From an uncultured bacterium (lineage in GTDB: Bacteria; Chlamydiota; Chlamydiia; Chlamydiales; SM23-39): DNA of 41,785 bases. Under the pieces are notes generated by a model. The model made no database searches and was not told the DNA's origin. It saw nothing but the letters and a program-made list of their open reading frames with translations. Shown here one piece after another: positions 1 through 8,683 of this stretch. Positions within the stretch are counted from its first letter, which is position 1. Every line of letters starts with the position of its first letter. The stretch spans positions 1-41,785 of the forward strand of contig CAYWKW010000003.1 in the NCBI GenBank assembly GCA_964458995.1. The letters run 5' to 3'. The translations under genes were made by a program, and so were the position numbers.

Positions 1-1
1 G

Positions 2-376
2 GTCGCATTCTTAGATATTATGACTCAGGGAAAAACAAAAAAACAGGCCCTCCAAATGATCGAGGATGCCGTATTGGAACTTCTTTTGGATTCATATGAA
101 GAAATAAATAAAAAGTTCAATTTAAGTGTGAGTGAATATGAAAATGGAGTTATCGGTCTTGGAGCATCGGATGATAAATATCTTTTAGCATTAGGTTTAA
201 AAAGACAAAGAGAAAGGGCGGGTACAACGATTCGTGAAGCTTCTAAGAGATTAAAATCAAAATCGCCAAATGCTTATGCAAGATATGAAAGAGCTAGGGC
301 GAAGCCCTCTATTGAAAAATATAGCCAACTACTTCATGCAGCCAGCCCTAAAAGGCGTCCTCTATTGTTAAGTTAA
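2..376 (+). CDS. HicB-like antitoxin with C-terminal XRE-type HTH, 5'-truncated by the window edge
   Basis: The frame is open from base 2 (VAFLDIMTQGKTKKQALQMIEDAV), which fits the HicB 'TQG.T.EEA..M..DA' pattern. The C-terminal LKRQRERAGTTIREASKRL..KSPNAYARYE is HTH-like. Confidence 0.7.
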   Translation, partial: VAFLDIMTQGKTKKQALQMIEDAVLELLLDSYEEINKKFNLSVSEYENGVIGLGASDDKYLLALGLKRQRERAGTTIREASKRLKSKSPNAYARYERARAKPSIEKYSQLLHAASPKRRPLLLS

Positions 377-444
377 TCTAGGCAACTCAGCTTGAAACAT
401 AAGGAATACACAGGTAAATATCCGGCCAAAGAAAAGCATTATAA

Positions 445-678
445 TTAACCCTTTTTTCGGCGAGAAGCTTGCGATCGAGTTGAACTCACCTTTGCTGAAG
501 ATTTGACATCTACCCGAACATATTTATACTTAGGCTTTACCTGCTTTACTTTTCCACCTTCATATACGACCAAGTATGTATTACTTCTAGCAGATACATC
601 GATGGCTTTTTTCACGCCAAGCTTATGAGCTTTAAGCAGCATCTGATTGATATCGATTTTCTTACTCGACTTACACAT
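445..678 (-). CDS. Small basic hypothetical protein, probable partner of the upstream zeta-toxin-like ATPase
   Basis: 77-aa ORF overlapping the stop of the P-loop gene by 8 bp, a toxin-antitoxin-like arrangement. Confidence 0.55.
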   Translation of the reverse strand: MCKSSKKIDINQMLLKAHKLGVKKAIDVSARSNTYLVVYEGGKVKQVKPKYKYVRVDVKSSAKVSSTRSQASRRKKG

Positions 679-1006
679 TAGCTAGCACCTCTATTTTCCC
701 CCAAATTTCCATATCATCGATTTGAAGTTGGGTATCAATACTTTTTTTGGCGATTATTTTTTTCGCACCTGATTCAGCAGCTGAATTGTCAATGACTATA
801 GCAGTATTTGCAATTGGTAGATAGAGACTTATAAGATGTTTTAATCCTCGATGATATCTCCTAGGGTTAAGAGGAGACAGTCCCTGGGCAATCTGGTCTG
901 CATTTAAAAACTCCTCATAAACATTCTTTTGCTGAGAAATAAGAGCAGATGCAATAGTCGTCTTTCCAGCCCCATTTGGCCCGGCAATCATCATGAGTCT
1001 TTTCAC
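671..1006 (-). pseudogene. Zeta-toxin/AAA_33-like P-loop protein with an in-frame internal deletion
   Basis: Probable GTG start at 1006. Walker A IAGPNGAGKTT and FLNADQIAQGLSPLNP join directly to RRYHRGL; the central segment usual in this family (ETTLS...RV..GGH) is absent. Confidence 0.7.
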
Positions 1007-1083
1007 ACCTAACCACGCATTGAAATTGTTAGAAAATGCCCTACCTGCATGTATTTTCGATGGTAGATTACTTCGATTGAGTG

Positions 1084-1127
1084 GTGCCAGTCTACAAAAG
1101 CTTTTCCAAAAGATCAAGGAACTAGAA
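1084..1127 (+). pseudogene. Degenerate relic of the recombinase HTH tail
   Basis: gtgccagtctac-aaaagcttttccaaaagatcaaggaactagaa aligns with 1607-1651 (gtgccagtctaccaacagctttcccaaaagatcaaagagctaaaa) with a 1-bp gap and a few substitutions. Confidence 0.65.
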
Positions 1128-1132
1128 ACATT

Positions 1133-1296
1133 TTATACCGAAACTACTTGAAGAATCGGGAATATGGCAAGGAGGCGCCCTGAATTTGAGTCAGCGAAGC
1201 GGCGCCGAAGGCTCATCAAGGGGTCCCCAGAAATCGCCTCGATAATTGGGGAAGGGGCGGAGCCAGAAACCGATTGTTCAGGTTGTTTCGGTATAA
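1133..1296. mobile_element. MITE-like/palindromic element, 164 bp, with 27-bp imperfect terminal inverted repeats
   Basis: 1133-1159 (ttataccgaaactacttgaagaatcgg) matches the reverse complement of 1270-1296 (ttataccgaaacaacctgaacaatcgg) with 3 mismatches. No credible coding capacity. Confidence 0.7.
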
Positions 1297-1354
1297 TCAC
1301 AAAACAGTGCGAGTCGAAAAGATGTCTGGGCGCTCACATCGATTTATTCCGCAC

Positions 1355-1421
1355 GATTTTCGTCGAAAATCGGCGGCACGGGCGGAGGGAAGCCCTCCGC
1401 ACCTCCCAGCCCGAAACGGGC
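1355..1421. repeat. Three stacked short hairpins
   Basis: cgattttc-gtc-gaaaatcg, gcggaggg-aag-ccctccgc and gcccg-aaa-cgggc lie in series immediately left of repeat unit B. Confidence 0.55.
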
Positions 1422-1427
1422 AAAAGA

Positions 1428-1534
1428 CGGAAGAGGTAGGATGCCCTCTCGCACGAGCTTCGCTCGTTGCTACCGGGCCGGCGAAGAATCCTACCACGAA
1501 ACGCACGCAGGTGCGTTTCTTCTTCCGATAAAAT
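1428..1534. repeat. tRNA-Ser 3'-end-regenerating palindromic repeat, unit B (107 bp)
   Basis: Identical to 11709-11843 except for a 29-nt hairpin replaced by one base. Begins with cggaagaggtaggat, the reverse complement of the last 15 nt of tRNA-Ser. Confidence 0.9.
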
Positions 1535-1561
1535 CGGACGCGGTGTGGACCAATTCGTACC
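1515..1561. other. Left attachment junction (attL-like) of the integrative element
   Basis: Host arm ...cttccgataaaat, core CGGA at 1535-1538, then element arm containing gaccaattcgtacc (1548-1561), the exact inverted repeat of 11688-11701. Confidence 0.85.
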
Positions 1562-1735
1562 GCCGCCTCCCTCCCCTTCCAGATCAAAATCACTTTCAAT
1601 CAGGACGTGCCAGTCTACCAACAGCTTTCCCAAAAGATCAAAGAGCTAAAATCTCTTGGGATGACGAATGAGGAAATTGCTGGATGTCTGAAAGTCACAA
1701 GAAAAACCATTGGAAAGGGGCTACGATACACTTAA
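1535..1735 (+). CDS. Detached C-terminal HTH segment of the serine recombinase, in frame only after excision
   Basis: Open frame RTRCGPIRTAASLPFQIKITFNQDVPVYQQLSQKIKELKSLGMTNEEIAGCLKVTRKTIGKGLRYT*. It is preceded by an in-frame TAA (1529-1531) in the integrated state and has the same codon phase at CGG as recombinase codon 11709-11711. Confidence 0.75.
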   Translation, partial: RTRCGPIRTAASLPFQIKITFNQDVPVYQQLSQKIKELKSLGMTNEEIAGCLKVTRKTIGKGLRYT

Positions 1736-1790
1736 TTTATGAGAGAAATAGAATCTTCTCCCTTGCAGTGAGTGGTTACCTCACAAACTT

Positions 1791-2399
1791 TCAATTGGGC
1801 AAAGTCGCTTGAATCCAACCTCTCAATTCTTCAACTATCGCATCGAGGTCATCTGATGAAAGTTCAATACGCTGGTCTTTAGAAAATGACGGCAGGGTAT
1901 ATTGTAAATATTTTAAATTGTAAGAGTATACAAATTTCCCTTCTTGTGGGATGTCTTTATGATGTGTCAACCTATCTCGAACTGCCTTCAGGTAATCCAT
2001 AATAGGCATGATTTGCTTATCGGCCATGCCTTTCTTTTGCAAAACATGTACTTTAAATTCATCCCATTTATTAAAAATTGCACACAAACAATCTTCAAGG
2101 GCAATCCGATGGTTTAATCCACCTCTTTCATTATTTCTTTTATATGCTCCCTGCGTCATGCGATGCTTTTCTCTTCGCGCACACTCTTGTAAATCTGGCG
2201 ATGGTGGATGATTACTTCGAATGATGTACGCCTGGTCTAGTTGCTCTATAGAGATTCCTAATCGCTGTTGACTCCACTGCTGATTCTGCAATAAGTCCTT
2301 ATGATTTAAAAGAAAGCCATGGGTAGAATCCAGAAATACACCAAATCTTTCATTCAAAAAATCGAGGAATTCTGAGATTTTTTCTGAATATTTCACCAT
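1791..2399 (-). CDS. Hypothetical helical protein with RxxxxH (HEPN-like) motif
   Basis: 202-aa ORF 3 bp downstream of the protease. YLKAVRDRLTHH matches the R-x4-H HEPN pattern, but the motif is short, so the family call is tentative. Confidence 0.55.
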   Translation of the reverse strand: MVKYSEKISEFLDFLNERFGVFLDSTHGFLLNHKDLLQNQQWSQQRLGISIEQLDQAYIIRSNHPPSPDLQECARREKHRMTQGAYKRNNERGGLNHRIALEDCLCAIFNKWDEFKVHVLQKKGMADKQIMPIMDYLKAVRDRLTHHKDIPQEGKFVYSYNLKYLQYTLPSFSKDQRIELSSDDLDAIVEELRGWIQATLPN

Positions 2400-2402
2400 A
2401 AT

Positions 2403-3158
2403 CTATCGACCAGCATGTTTTAAAATTTGTTCAAAGACGAGTGGCTTCCAAACGCGGCAAATGTCAGAATCATCACAAATTCTGCCAGAATAAATCCCCA
2501 TAAACTTTGTTTGAAATCCCCCACTCAAAACGAAATGACCTTCACTCGTATGATAACCGCCATTCATCCTAAGTACCACAGGTGACCCCGACAAACCTGA
2601 TCGACCAGAAGCATTAACGTAAAACAAAGGCATTTCATCAATATCTATATATGGCTCCGAAGCAATGGATCCGGTAACCCAGATAGGTAATATGCCACCT
2701 GCCGCCTTTCCGAATGGAAAGCCAATTATGGAGACCGGCATAGCGGGAACAGGAATCATATCTGTATTAGCTAAACTCAAACTAAGCTTATTTATTTGAA
2801 TTGTCTCAATGACCTTGAATGGCAATAAAATAACATCAATTTTGCAACCTGTCGGATGTTCGAGCCATCTTTTTTCTTCACCTCCATCTTCATAAAGGTG
2901 AACTTTTACTGCGACCCATTCTAATTTATTTGTCGCAGGAGATTTCTTATAGTGCCATATCACAAAAACATTTGGCAATCCACCGGACTTGCTTAGAGTT
3001 TGTCCCGTATCTGCATTTTTCCCAGTCACTACATGCCAATTTGTCGCGAGATATAATATGTCATTTTTTTCGATAACAAATCCAGTTGCTACTCCTAGCT
3101 TTGTCTCGTTGAAATATTGTTCAATCAAAAGGCTTGTTGTGCTTAAAAAATCAATCAT
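2403..3158 (-). CDS. Trypsin-like serine protease
   Basis: ATGF, LATNWHVV (His), IDVILL (Asp) and GLSGSPV (Ser) motifs. No signal peptide or PDZ domain. Confidence 0.85.
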   Translation of the reverse strand: MIDFLSTTSLLIEQYFNETKLGVATGFVIEKNDILYLATNWHVVTGKNADTGQTLSKSGGLPNVFVIWHYKKSPATNKLEWVAVKVHLYEDGGEEKRWLEHPTGCKIDVILLPFKVIETIQINKLSLSLANTDMIPVPAMPVSIIGFPFGKAAGGILPIWVTGSIASEPYIDIDEMPLFYVNASGRSGLSGSPVVLRMNGGYHTSEGHFVLSGGFQTKFMGIYSGRICDDSDICRVWKPLVFEQILKHAGR

Positions 3159-3270
3159 TATTATGAAATCTCATTATATTTAATAAAGAAGAACAATCGC
3201 TATATTATTCGAACTTCATTCTTGTGGGTTGTATTTTAATATGAATGCCTATTTTTTATAAATTAGCATC

Positions 3271-4344
3271 TTAATCCCGTTGAAAAGATTCAAACTCACG
3301 ATAACGATTCATGTCTGACTCACTTAGAGGAGGTTTGAATCTTGCAGCTTCTGCTTCCAATAAGCTCATGGATATCAATTCATTATCTTGCATAGCTTTC
3401 AGAGCTGCGTTATTGACTATCAGTTGTACATCAGAGGAAATCAAACCTTCTGTAATCCGTCCGAGGGTCTCGCAATCAATATCATTTTTTACTGGCCTAT
3501 TCTCTAAAAACAGCTTAAATAGTTCGGTTCTAGCATCGAGATCTGGAGGTGGGATGAAGATCCTCTTATCCATTCTCCCTGAACGCAGGATTGCCGAATC
3601 GATTCGTTCAGGAAAATTAGTCGCTCCTACCACTAGAATTTTCTTTTTTACACAACCTTCCATCAGCATTAAAAACTCGCTGATTTCAGCCTCCCTGTAT
3701 TGATCAGTGGAAGAGAGGCCATCTCTTCTTGGCATCAAACCTGAGATTTCATCTACAAAGAGAACGCATGGAGCAATCTGCTCAGCCTTTTGAAAGGCTT
3801 CCGCAATGTTTTTTGATGTAGCATGAATATAGGGACTGCCAACGGTTCCTTCACTTAACTCAATAATTTCAGCTCTGAGGGCTTCTGCTAACTTGTTGGC
3901 TATAAAAGTCTTGCCGCAACCAGGCGGACCGAAAAAAAGAATGCCATTAGAAGGAGTAACTCCGTATTTTTCGTATTCTTCCCAGTTCAAGAATGGCTGA
4001 ATTACATCTCTAATCAGGGTATTCTTAAGTGTGGCCATTCCAGCTATGGCATCCAATCCCCTTCTTTTAAGAAGATTTTTCAGCCTTTCAGGAATATCTC
4101 CATCTTTGTGATCAGGGTATCTTTTCCCGATAACCTCTGCCCCGCTTATAAAGAAGGTTTCATGAGAAAGCTCGCGATTTTTAAGTTTTTTTGCAATTTC
4201 CTCTTCATGAAATAGATAAAGATATTCCCCTGTATCCAGATTGAATACTTCAACGAATTGCTGCTTATCAATTCTTTTGAAAATCTTGGCTCCACTAGGC
4301 AAAACCCACCCAGGAGGAAATGATGGTTTAGCAAGCGTTGTCAT
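3271..4344 (-). CDS. Classical-clade AAA+ ATPase (single CDC48/FtsH-type module)
   Basis: Walker A GPPGCGKT, Walker B VLFVDE and SRH ATNFPERIDSAILRSGRMDK. ATGA overlap with the upstream gene. Confidence 0.92.
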   Translation of the reverse strand: MTTLAKPSFPPGWVLPSGAKIFKRIDKQQFVEVFNLDTGEYLYLFHEEEIAKKLKNRELSHETFFISGAEVIGKRYPDHKDGDIPERLKNLLKRRGLDAIAGMATLKNTLIRDVIQPFLNWEEYEKYGVTPSNGILFFGPPGCGKTFIANKLAEALRAEIIELSEGTVGSPYIHATSKNIAEAFQKAEQIAPCVLFVDEISGLMPRRDGLSSTDQYREAEISEFLMLMEGCVKKKILVVGATNFPERIDSAILRSGRMDKRIFIPPPDLDARTELFKLFLENRPVKNDIDCETLGRITEGLISSDVQLIVNNAALKAMQDNELISMSLLEAEAARFKPPLSESDMNRYREFESFQRD

Positions 4345-6203
4345 TCTTCCTCCTCAGCAAGTTTTAAAACGTATTGGGCTATTTCTTTATCAGAATACCC
4401 CTCCTTTCTAACAGTCTTAAGAAGATCAGGTTCATTTTTCTGCATATATTGAATGAGTTGATTTTCTTCATAAGTTAAAATCTGTGATGGAGAAGTTGGG
4501 GGCGAGGAGCTAGCTCGATAAGTAGGCTTATGAGACGATTTTGGTGTAGGTATATCGTTATCCATTACTACTAGGAAATAGAAGGCGATTGCAGCCCCCC
4601 ACCCTATCCATTTCCACATCTTTTTTTGCTTAAGACCGCGAATCCGACGATAGACAATACTATAGCATACAGCACCACCAAGCAGTCTTATTGCAATTTG
4701 CGTATTTTCATTCTCTTGTCCATTGGCAAGTACATCTATTAATTTTAAGCAAGATTCATGCTCATATATTAAGTTTGGAAGTTCACAGCTTTTTAATGAA
4801 GCTAACATGTTGTCTATTACTTTCAAGGGATCGGATCTGTCGCTGGTGAGCTCTACAAAACTCAATAGAGAAATACGATTCTCCAATACCTCTACTACGT
4901 ATTCGAAAGCAAGTATCGCATCCCTATGATTCCGCCCGTTTAAGAGTCCATCGATTGCAAGAATCTCGATGCCAAACTTTTTCTGCTCGAAAAGCTCATG
5001 GCCTTTCTCTACTAATTGGGAACAAAAGCTGATAAGCAAAGTTACTCTGATACCGATGACCGATTCATCGTCCTTCTTTGCCAACTCATCGTCCAATTTA
5101 AGGTAGCTGCTCTTAGCTTCTTCAATCTTTCGTTCTGCGATAAATTCTTTAACACTGTCGAATTGGGGGGAAATAGTTTTCCACAATATGTTTTCTTTAA
5201 GTTGTTTTTTATCAGCCTCAATCTTGTTTGCAATTACATCTGATATTGCAAACTTAGCTCCTAGATCAAGGAATATTAAAGCCAACTCTATATTGTCATC
5301 CTTATTATAGATGTCAATTGAGATGGATCTTAGTTTTTCAGCAGAGTCATTCCTAAGAACAGTCAGAGGCGAATATTCAGAAAGCGCAAACTTATCAAGC
5401 TCCAGAAATTGATTATGGATTTTCTTAAGTACGCGCTTGACTAAACTTGCATTATCAATTGATTCGGAAGCAATTTTCTCCAGCTCTTCTATTTCTTTTT
5501 TAATCTTAAGAACGATTGGCTGGAGTACTTCGACATCTGTAGATTTTCCAATCTGACCAAATGTATGGTAATAAATGCCAACAACTTCAGGATTTTGAGT
5601 TTGGTGATAGAAAGAAACTGTCTGGGCTGATAAAGACTCATAAATGGAGGCTCTGAATTCTTGAAATAGGGACGAAGACGTTCCTAATTCATCATGAAGC
5701 AAATAGTACTTTTCATAGAAATTCCAAAACTCATCAGACTCCACAATGCTCTTCCATGACTCTAAAGAGCGGCGAAAAACTTTAATATCAAAGGAATCAA
5801 AGGCTTGGAAAAACAGAGCCAAAGCTAAATTCTTATACTTCAGCCATTCCACACTTGCTTTATCTGTTTTCTCTAGGATATCGATAGATTTTGAATAATT
5901 TCCCTTAGAGATCAGAGTAATGGCTTTCTGATTTTCTACATTGTGGTCATCAAACCAGAAAAAGACTTCCCTTAGTCGATCCTTAATGCCTGAGAGCCTC
6001 TCTAAAGCTACCCGTACTTCGTTTTCATTCCGAAATTCACAGACATGCCCGATATCTATATCAAATTCTTGTACTTCTTCAATTTTAGCGAACTGCAATA
6101 AATGCTGGGCTCTCTTTTTGATTTCCTTTAATGTAGCTGAAGAAGAAAGTCCTAAGATGTTGAATGAATTTCTGATCAAAACTTGAGGTAGTTGTACGGT
6201 CAT
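4341..6203 (-). CDS. J-domain-like (no HPD) helical/TPR-like protein with C-terminal transmembrane segment
   Basis: N-terminal NSFNILGLSSSATLKEIKKRAQHL resembles J-domain helices I-II. Long helical body and TM WIGWGAAIAFYFLVVM. ATGA overlaps on both sides. Confidence 0.7.
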   Translation of the reverse strand: MTVQLPQVLIRNSFNILGLSSSATLKEIKKRAQHLLQFAKIEEVQEFDIDIGHVCEFRNENEVRVALERLSGIKDRLREVFFWFDDHNVENQKAITLISKGNYSKSIDILEKTDKASVEWLKYKNLALALFFQAFDSFDIKVFRRSLESWKSIVESDEFWNFYEKYYLLHDELGTSSSLFQEFRASIYESLSAQTVSFYHQTQNPEVVGIYYHTFGQIGKSTDVEVLQPIVLKIKKEIEELEKIASESIDNASLVKRVLKKIHNQFLELDKFALSEYSPLTVLRNDSAEKLRSISIDIYNKDDNIELALIFLDLGAKFAISDVIANKIEADKKQLKENILWKTISPQFDSVKEFIAERKIEEAKSSYLKLDDELAKKDDESVIGIRVTLLISFCSQLVEKGHELFEQKKFGIEILAIDGLLNGRNHRDAILAFEYVVEVLENRISLLSFVELTSDRSDPLKVIDNMLASLKSCELPNLIYEHESCLKLIDVLANGQENENTQIAIRLLGGAVCYSIVYRRIRGLKQKKMWKWIGWGAAIAFYFLVVMDNDIPTPKSSHKPTYRASSSPPTSPSQILTYEENQLIQYMQKNEPDLLKTVRKEGYSDKEIAQYVLKLAEEEE

Positions 6204-8683
6204 AGTGTAATCCCAGATTTCACAAATCGGACCTGAGGCTTACAATCAGCTTCTGCAAATGCAGCAAGAGCATAATATGCTTCTTGCATTTCTCTTATAT
6301 CTGACTTGGCAACGGAATCTTGAGCTCTCTTGATCAGATCTGGAAGAGAAGAATGGAGATGAGCTTTTTTTTGTGCTTGCTCTATTGAGTCTCGTATCCA
6401 CTGAGTTACAATACGTTTGTCATAATACATACATTTGAAATATAGCTGATCCAGCTTCTGGACAATGTGCGCTATCCATACTGCATCTTGCTTAGATACG
6501 GCAGCCGACCCCTCATCTCGAAGAGATTTATAAGCTGTTTCATATTCGAGACGTTTTTCTTGCGGATTACAGTCCTTGAGATAATCAGTCAGGTCTTGGC
6601 ATACCTGCCCAAAAGCAGCAACATTGCTAGTAAATTTGGTTTCTGCTTCTAGTTGGTCCAAGGCCATCATCAGATCCTTTACCAGCTTCTCTGCCTTTCT
6701 AAGCTGATCTAAATCCGATCCTGAGCCATCGATAGTGGACTTGATGTCTTTAATCATTTCTTCTATGACTTTAGTCGCATTTGCGATCTCTTCAGAGGTC
6801 GTCATAGATTCAAAACGCGATACCTGCTCTGTAAAATCCTTCTTTACCTGTTCGATTTTGGCAGCATCAAAGTACAAGGTCTCTCTTGCGTTGAGAGTAA
6901 TATCAATGTCTGGGAGATTGGCCACCACAGTCAACTCTCTAGATTCATTAATCTCTATGGTGATATCAACAGGCGCCCCTCTTTTTAGGTCTTTAGAAAT
7001 TGCCTTACCGGTGATTGCTAAGTGGCAGACCAGGGTATTTCGATTTGTGATCAGAGATTCTCCTTCATAGATGCAAATCGGTAGAGCGTTCTCAGAAGAC
7101 CCTGCTTTTAAATCTACTAAGGTATGAAAACGTTTTTTCGATTTAAGAGGTAAAATGCTGTTTTTGGAGAAAAAGAATTCCATTGTCTCCGTAGGCTCTG
7201 CATATCCCTTCTGGGAGGAAACAGAAATCACAGATACGCCGATAGAATAAGGAAGAGGAGCCCCCATGATAGAAACGCCACGGTTGATGTGAATGCTTTC
7301 GGGAGAGCAGGTAATCAGTTGTCCGCTAGTGTTTTTGACATATATCCAGTAATGAGTGCCCTTTTTACCTGTAGGAAGTGTTAGTATGAACTTGCCATTT
7401 CGGATCAGGACCTCTTCAGATGTAAAGGAGTCATCTGAGCTTGCAAACTGAACATAATGCGGCTGAGAGGATTCTACTGAGCGCAAAATCTTGCCGGTGA
7501 CAGTTTGCTCGTCATCCGATGTTACTGGATTGTAATTTACTTCGAGCTGACAAGAGATACTGGCTGAATCGATGTTTCCTTGTTGTTCAACAACTGAGAT
7601 TGCCGTTTGATTACCAAACATAGCAGCACCTTTTGCAACGACTGTGAGAGGGTCGAGGGATCCATCTACCTTTTTTAGCAGTGTATCTTTCAAGAATGAC
7701 TGCAAAATAGGCATCTGAGTCGGTCCTCCGACTAGAACGATCTTTTGGACTGTTGCCGGGTCAACCTTTGCGTCATTTATTGTTTTTTTGCAAAGATCGA
7801 CCGTTTTATTAAGCAGGTGTTTACAGCTTTCTAGAAGGTCTGTTCTAGAGACTTCAATGGAATGCTGAATCTGTATTTGATTTATTTGGGTATCGATGTC
7901 GATAGTAGTTTTATCACTGACAGTAAGTTCAATTTTTGCAGATTCAGCTAACTCTTTCAAATAGCTAAAGATTTGAGAATGAATTGTTGGATCAAGAACG
8001 ATGCCCTTCGAAGAAAGGAAAGGGAGGATCAGACTTTGTATAATCGCTGCATCGATGTCCTTCCCACCGAGAAAGTTATCTCCTGCATGGGCAAGGACAG
8101 TGAGAGATCCGTCACGGGATGCTACAAGAGCAACGTCAAAAGTACCTCCGCCTAGATCGTATACAAGCCAGTTTTCATTTTTCTGATTGAGAAAGCCGTA
8201 TGCGATTGCTGCTGCAATAGGCTCTTGAAGAAGAACTATTTGCTTAAAACCCGCCAAGATTCCGGCTCTTTTAGTTGCCTCAGACTGAACAGTAGAGAAG
8301 TAAGCAGGGACAGTAATTACTGCAGCATCTAAAAACGTATCTGGATATTTCCTTTTAGCATCCCCTCGAAGGGTTTTTAAAATTTCAGCAGAGATTTCCT
8401 CTGGTAGCATTCTTTTATTTAAATTCGGGAATGTAATACTCTCAGCAGTTCCCATAAGGCGTTTGATCTCGGCCTTGCTATTCTGTAGATTTTCTTTCGA
8501 ACTATTCATGACGCGTTTTGCTTTAGAACCAATGATGATGTTTCCATTCCTATCGGCGTAAATCACTGAAGGCGTGCTTTCATCTCCCAAAGCATTTTTA
8601 ATAATCTGAACCTCGGCTTCTTTAACAACGGCAATTGAAGAATTAGTAGTACCAAGATCTATACCTATTTGAATTGTTGACAA
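6200..8683 (-). CDS. Atypical Hsp70-family protein (827 aa)
   Basis: IGIDLGTTNS, TPSVI, AVITVPAYF, EPIAAA, YDLGGGTFDVAL, LGGKDID and VLVGG motifs. TTG start with GGAGG RBS. Confidence 0.92.
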   Translation of the reverse strand: MSTIQIGIDLGTTNSSIAVVKEAEVQIIKNALGDESTPSVIYADRNGNIIIGSKAKRVMNSSKENLQNSKAEIKRLMGTAESITFPNLNKRMLPEEISAEILKTLRGDAKRKYPDTFLDAAVITVPAYFSTVQSEATKRAGILAGFKQIVLLQEPIAAAIAYGFLNQKNENWLVYDLGGGTFDVALVASRDGSLTVLAHAGDNFLGGKDIDAAIIQSLILPFLSSKGIVLDPTIHSQIFSYLKELAESAKIELTVSDKTTIDIDTQINQIQIQHSIEVSRTDLLESCKHLLNKTVDLCKKTINDAKVDPATVQKIVLVGGPTQMPILQSFLKDTLLKKVDGSLDPLTVVAKGAAMFGNQTAISVVEQQGNIDSASISCQLEVNYNPVTSDDEQTVTGKILRSVESSQPHYVQFASSDDSFTSEEVLIRNGKFILTLPTGKKGTHYWIYVKNTSGQLITCSPESIHINRGVSIMGAPLPYSIGVSVISVSSQKGYAEPTETMEFFFSKNSILPLKSKKRFHTLVDLKAGSSENALPICIYEGESLITNRNTLVCHLAITGKAISKDLKRGAPVDITIEINESRELTVVANLPDIDITLNARETLYFDAAKIEQVKKDFTEQVSRFESMTTSEEIANATKVIEEMIKDIKSTIDGSGSDLDQLRKAEKLVKDLMMALDQLEAETKFTSNVAAFGQVCQDLTDYLKDCNPQEKRLEYETAYKSLRDEGSAAVSKQDAVWIAHIVQKLDQLYFKCMYYDKRIVTQWIRDSIEQAQKKAHLHSSLPDLIKRAQDSVAKSDIREMQEAYYALAAFAEADCKPQVRFVKSGITL

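Noticed and set aside
1164-1671. Overlapping short ORFs on both strands (1164-1439, 1274-1531, 1297-1599, 1334-1633, 1441-1671, 1467-1649)
   Set aside because: They run through the MITE, hairpins and repeat unit and show no protein motifs; similar peptides recur over unit A.
6200-8683. Calling this gene dnaK
   Set aside because: It is too long, lacks the canonical linker, has no grpE/dnaJ context and lies in a mobile island.
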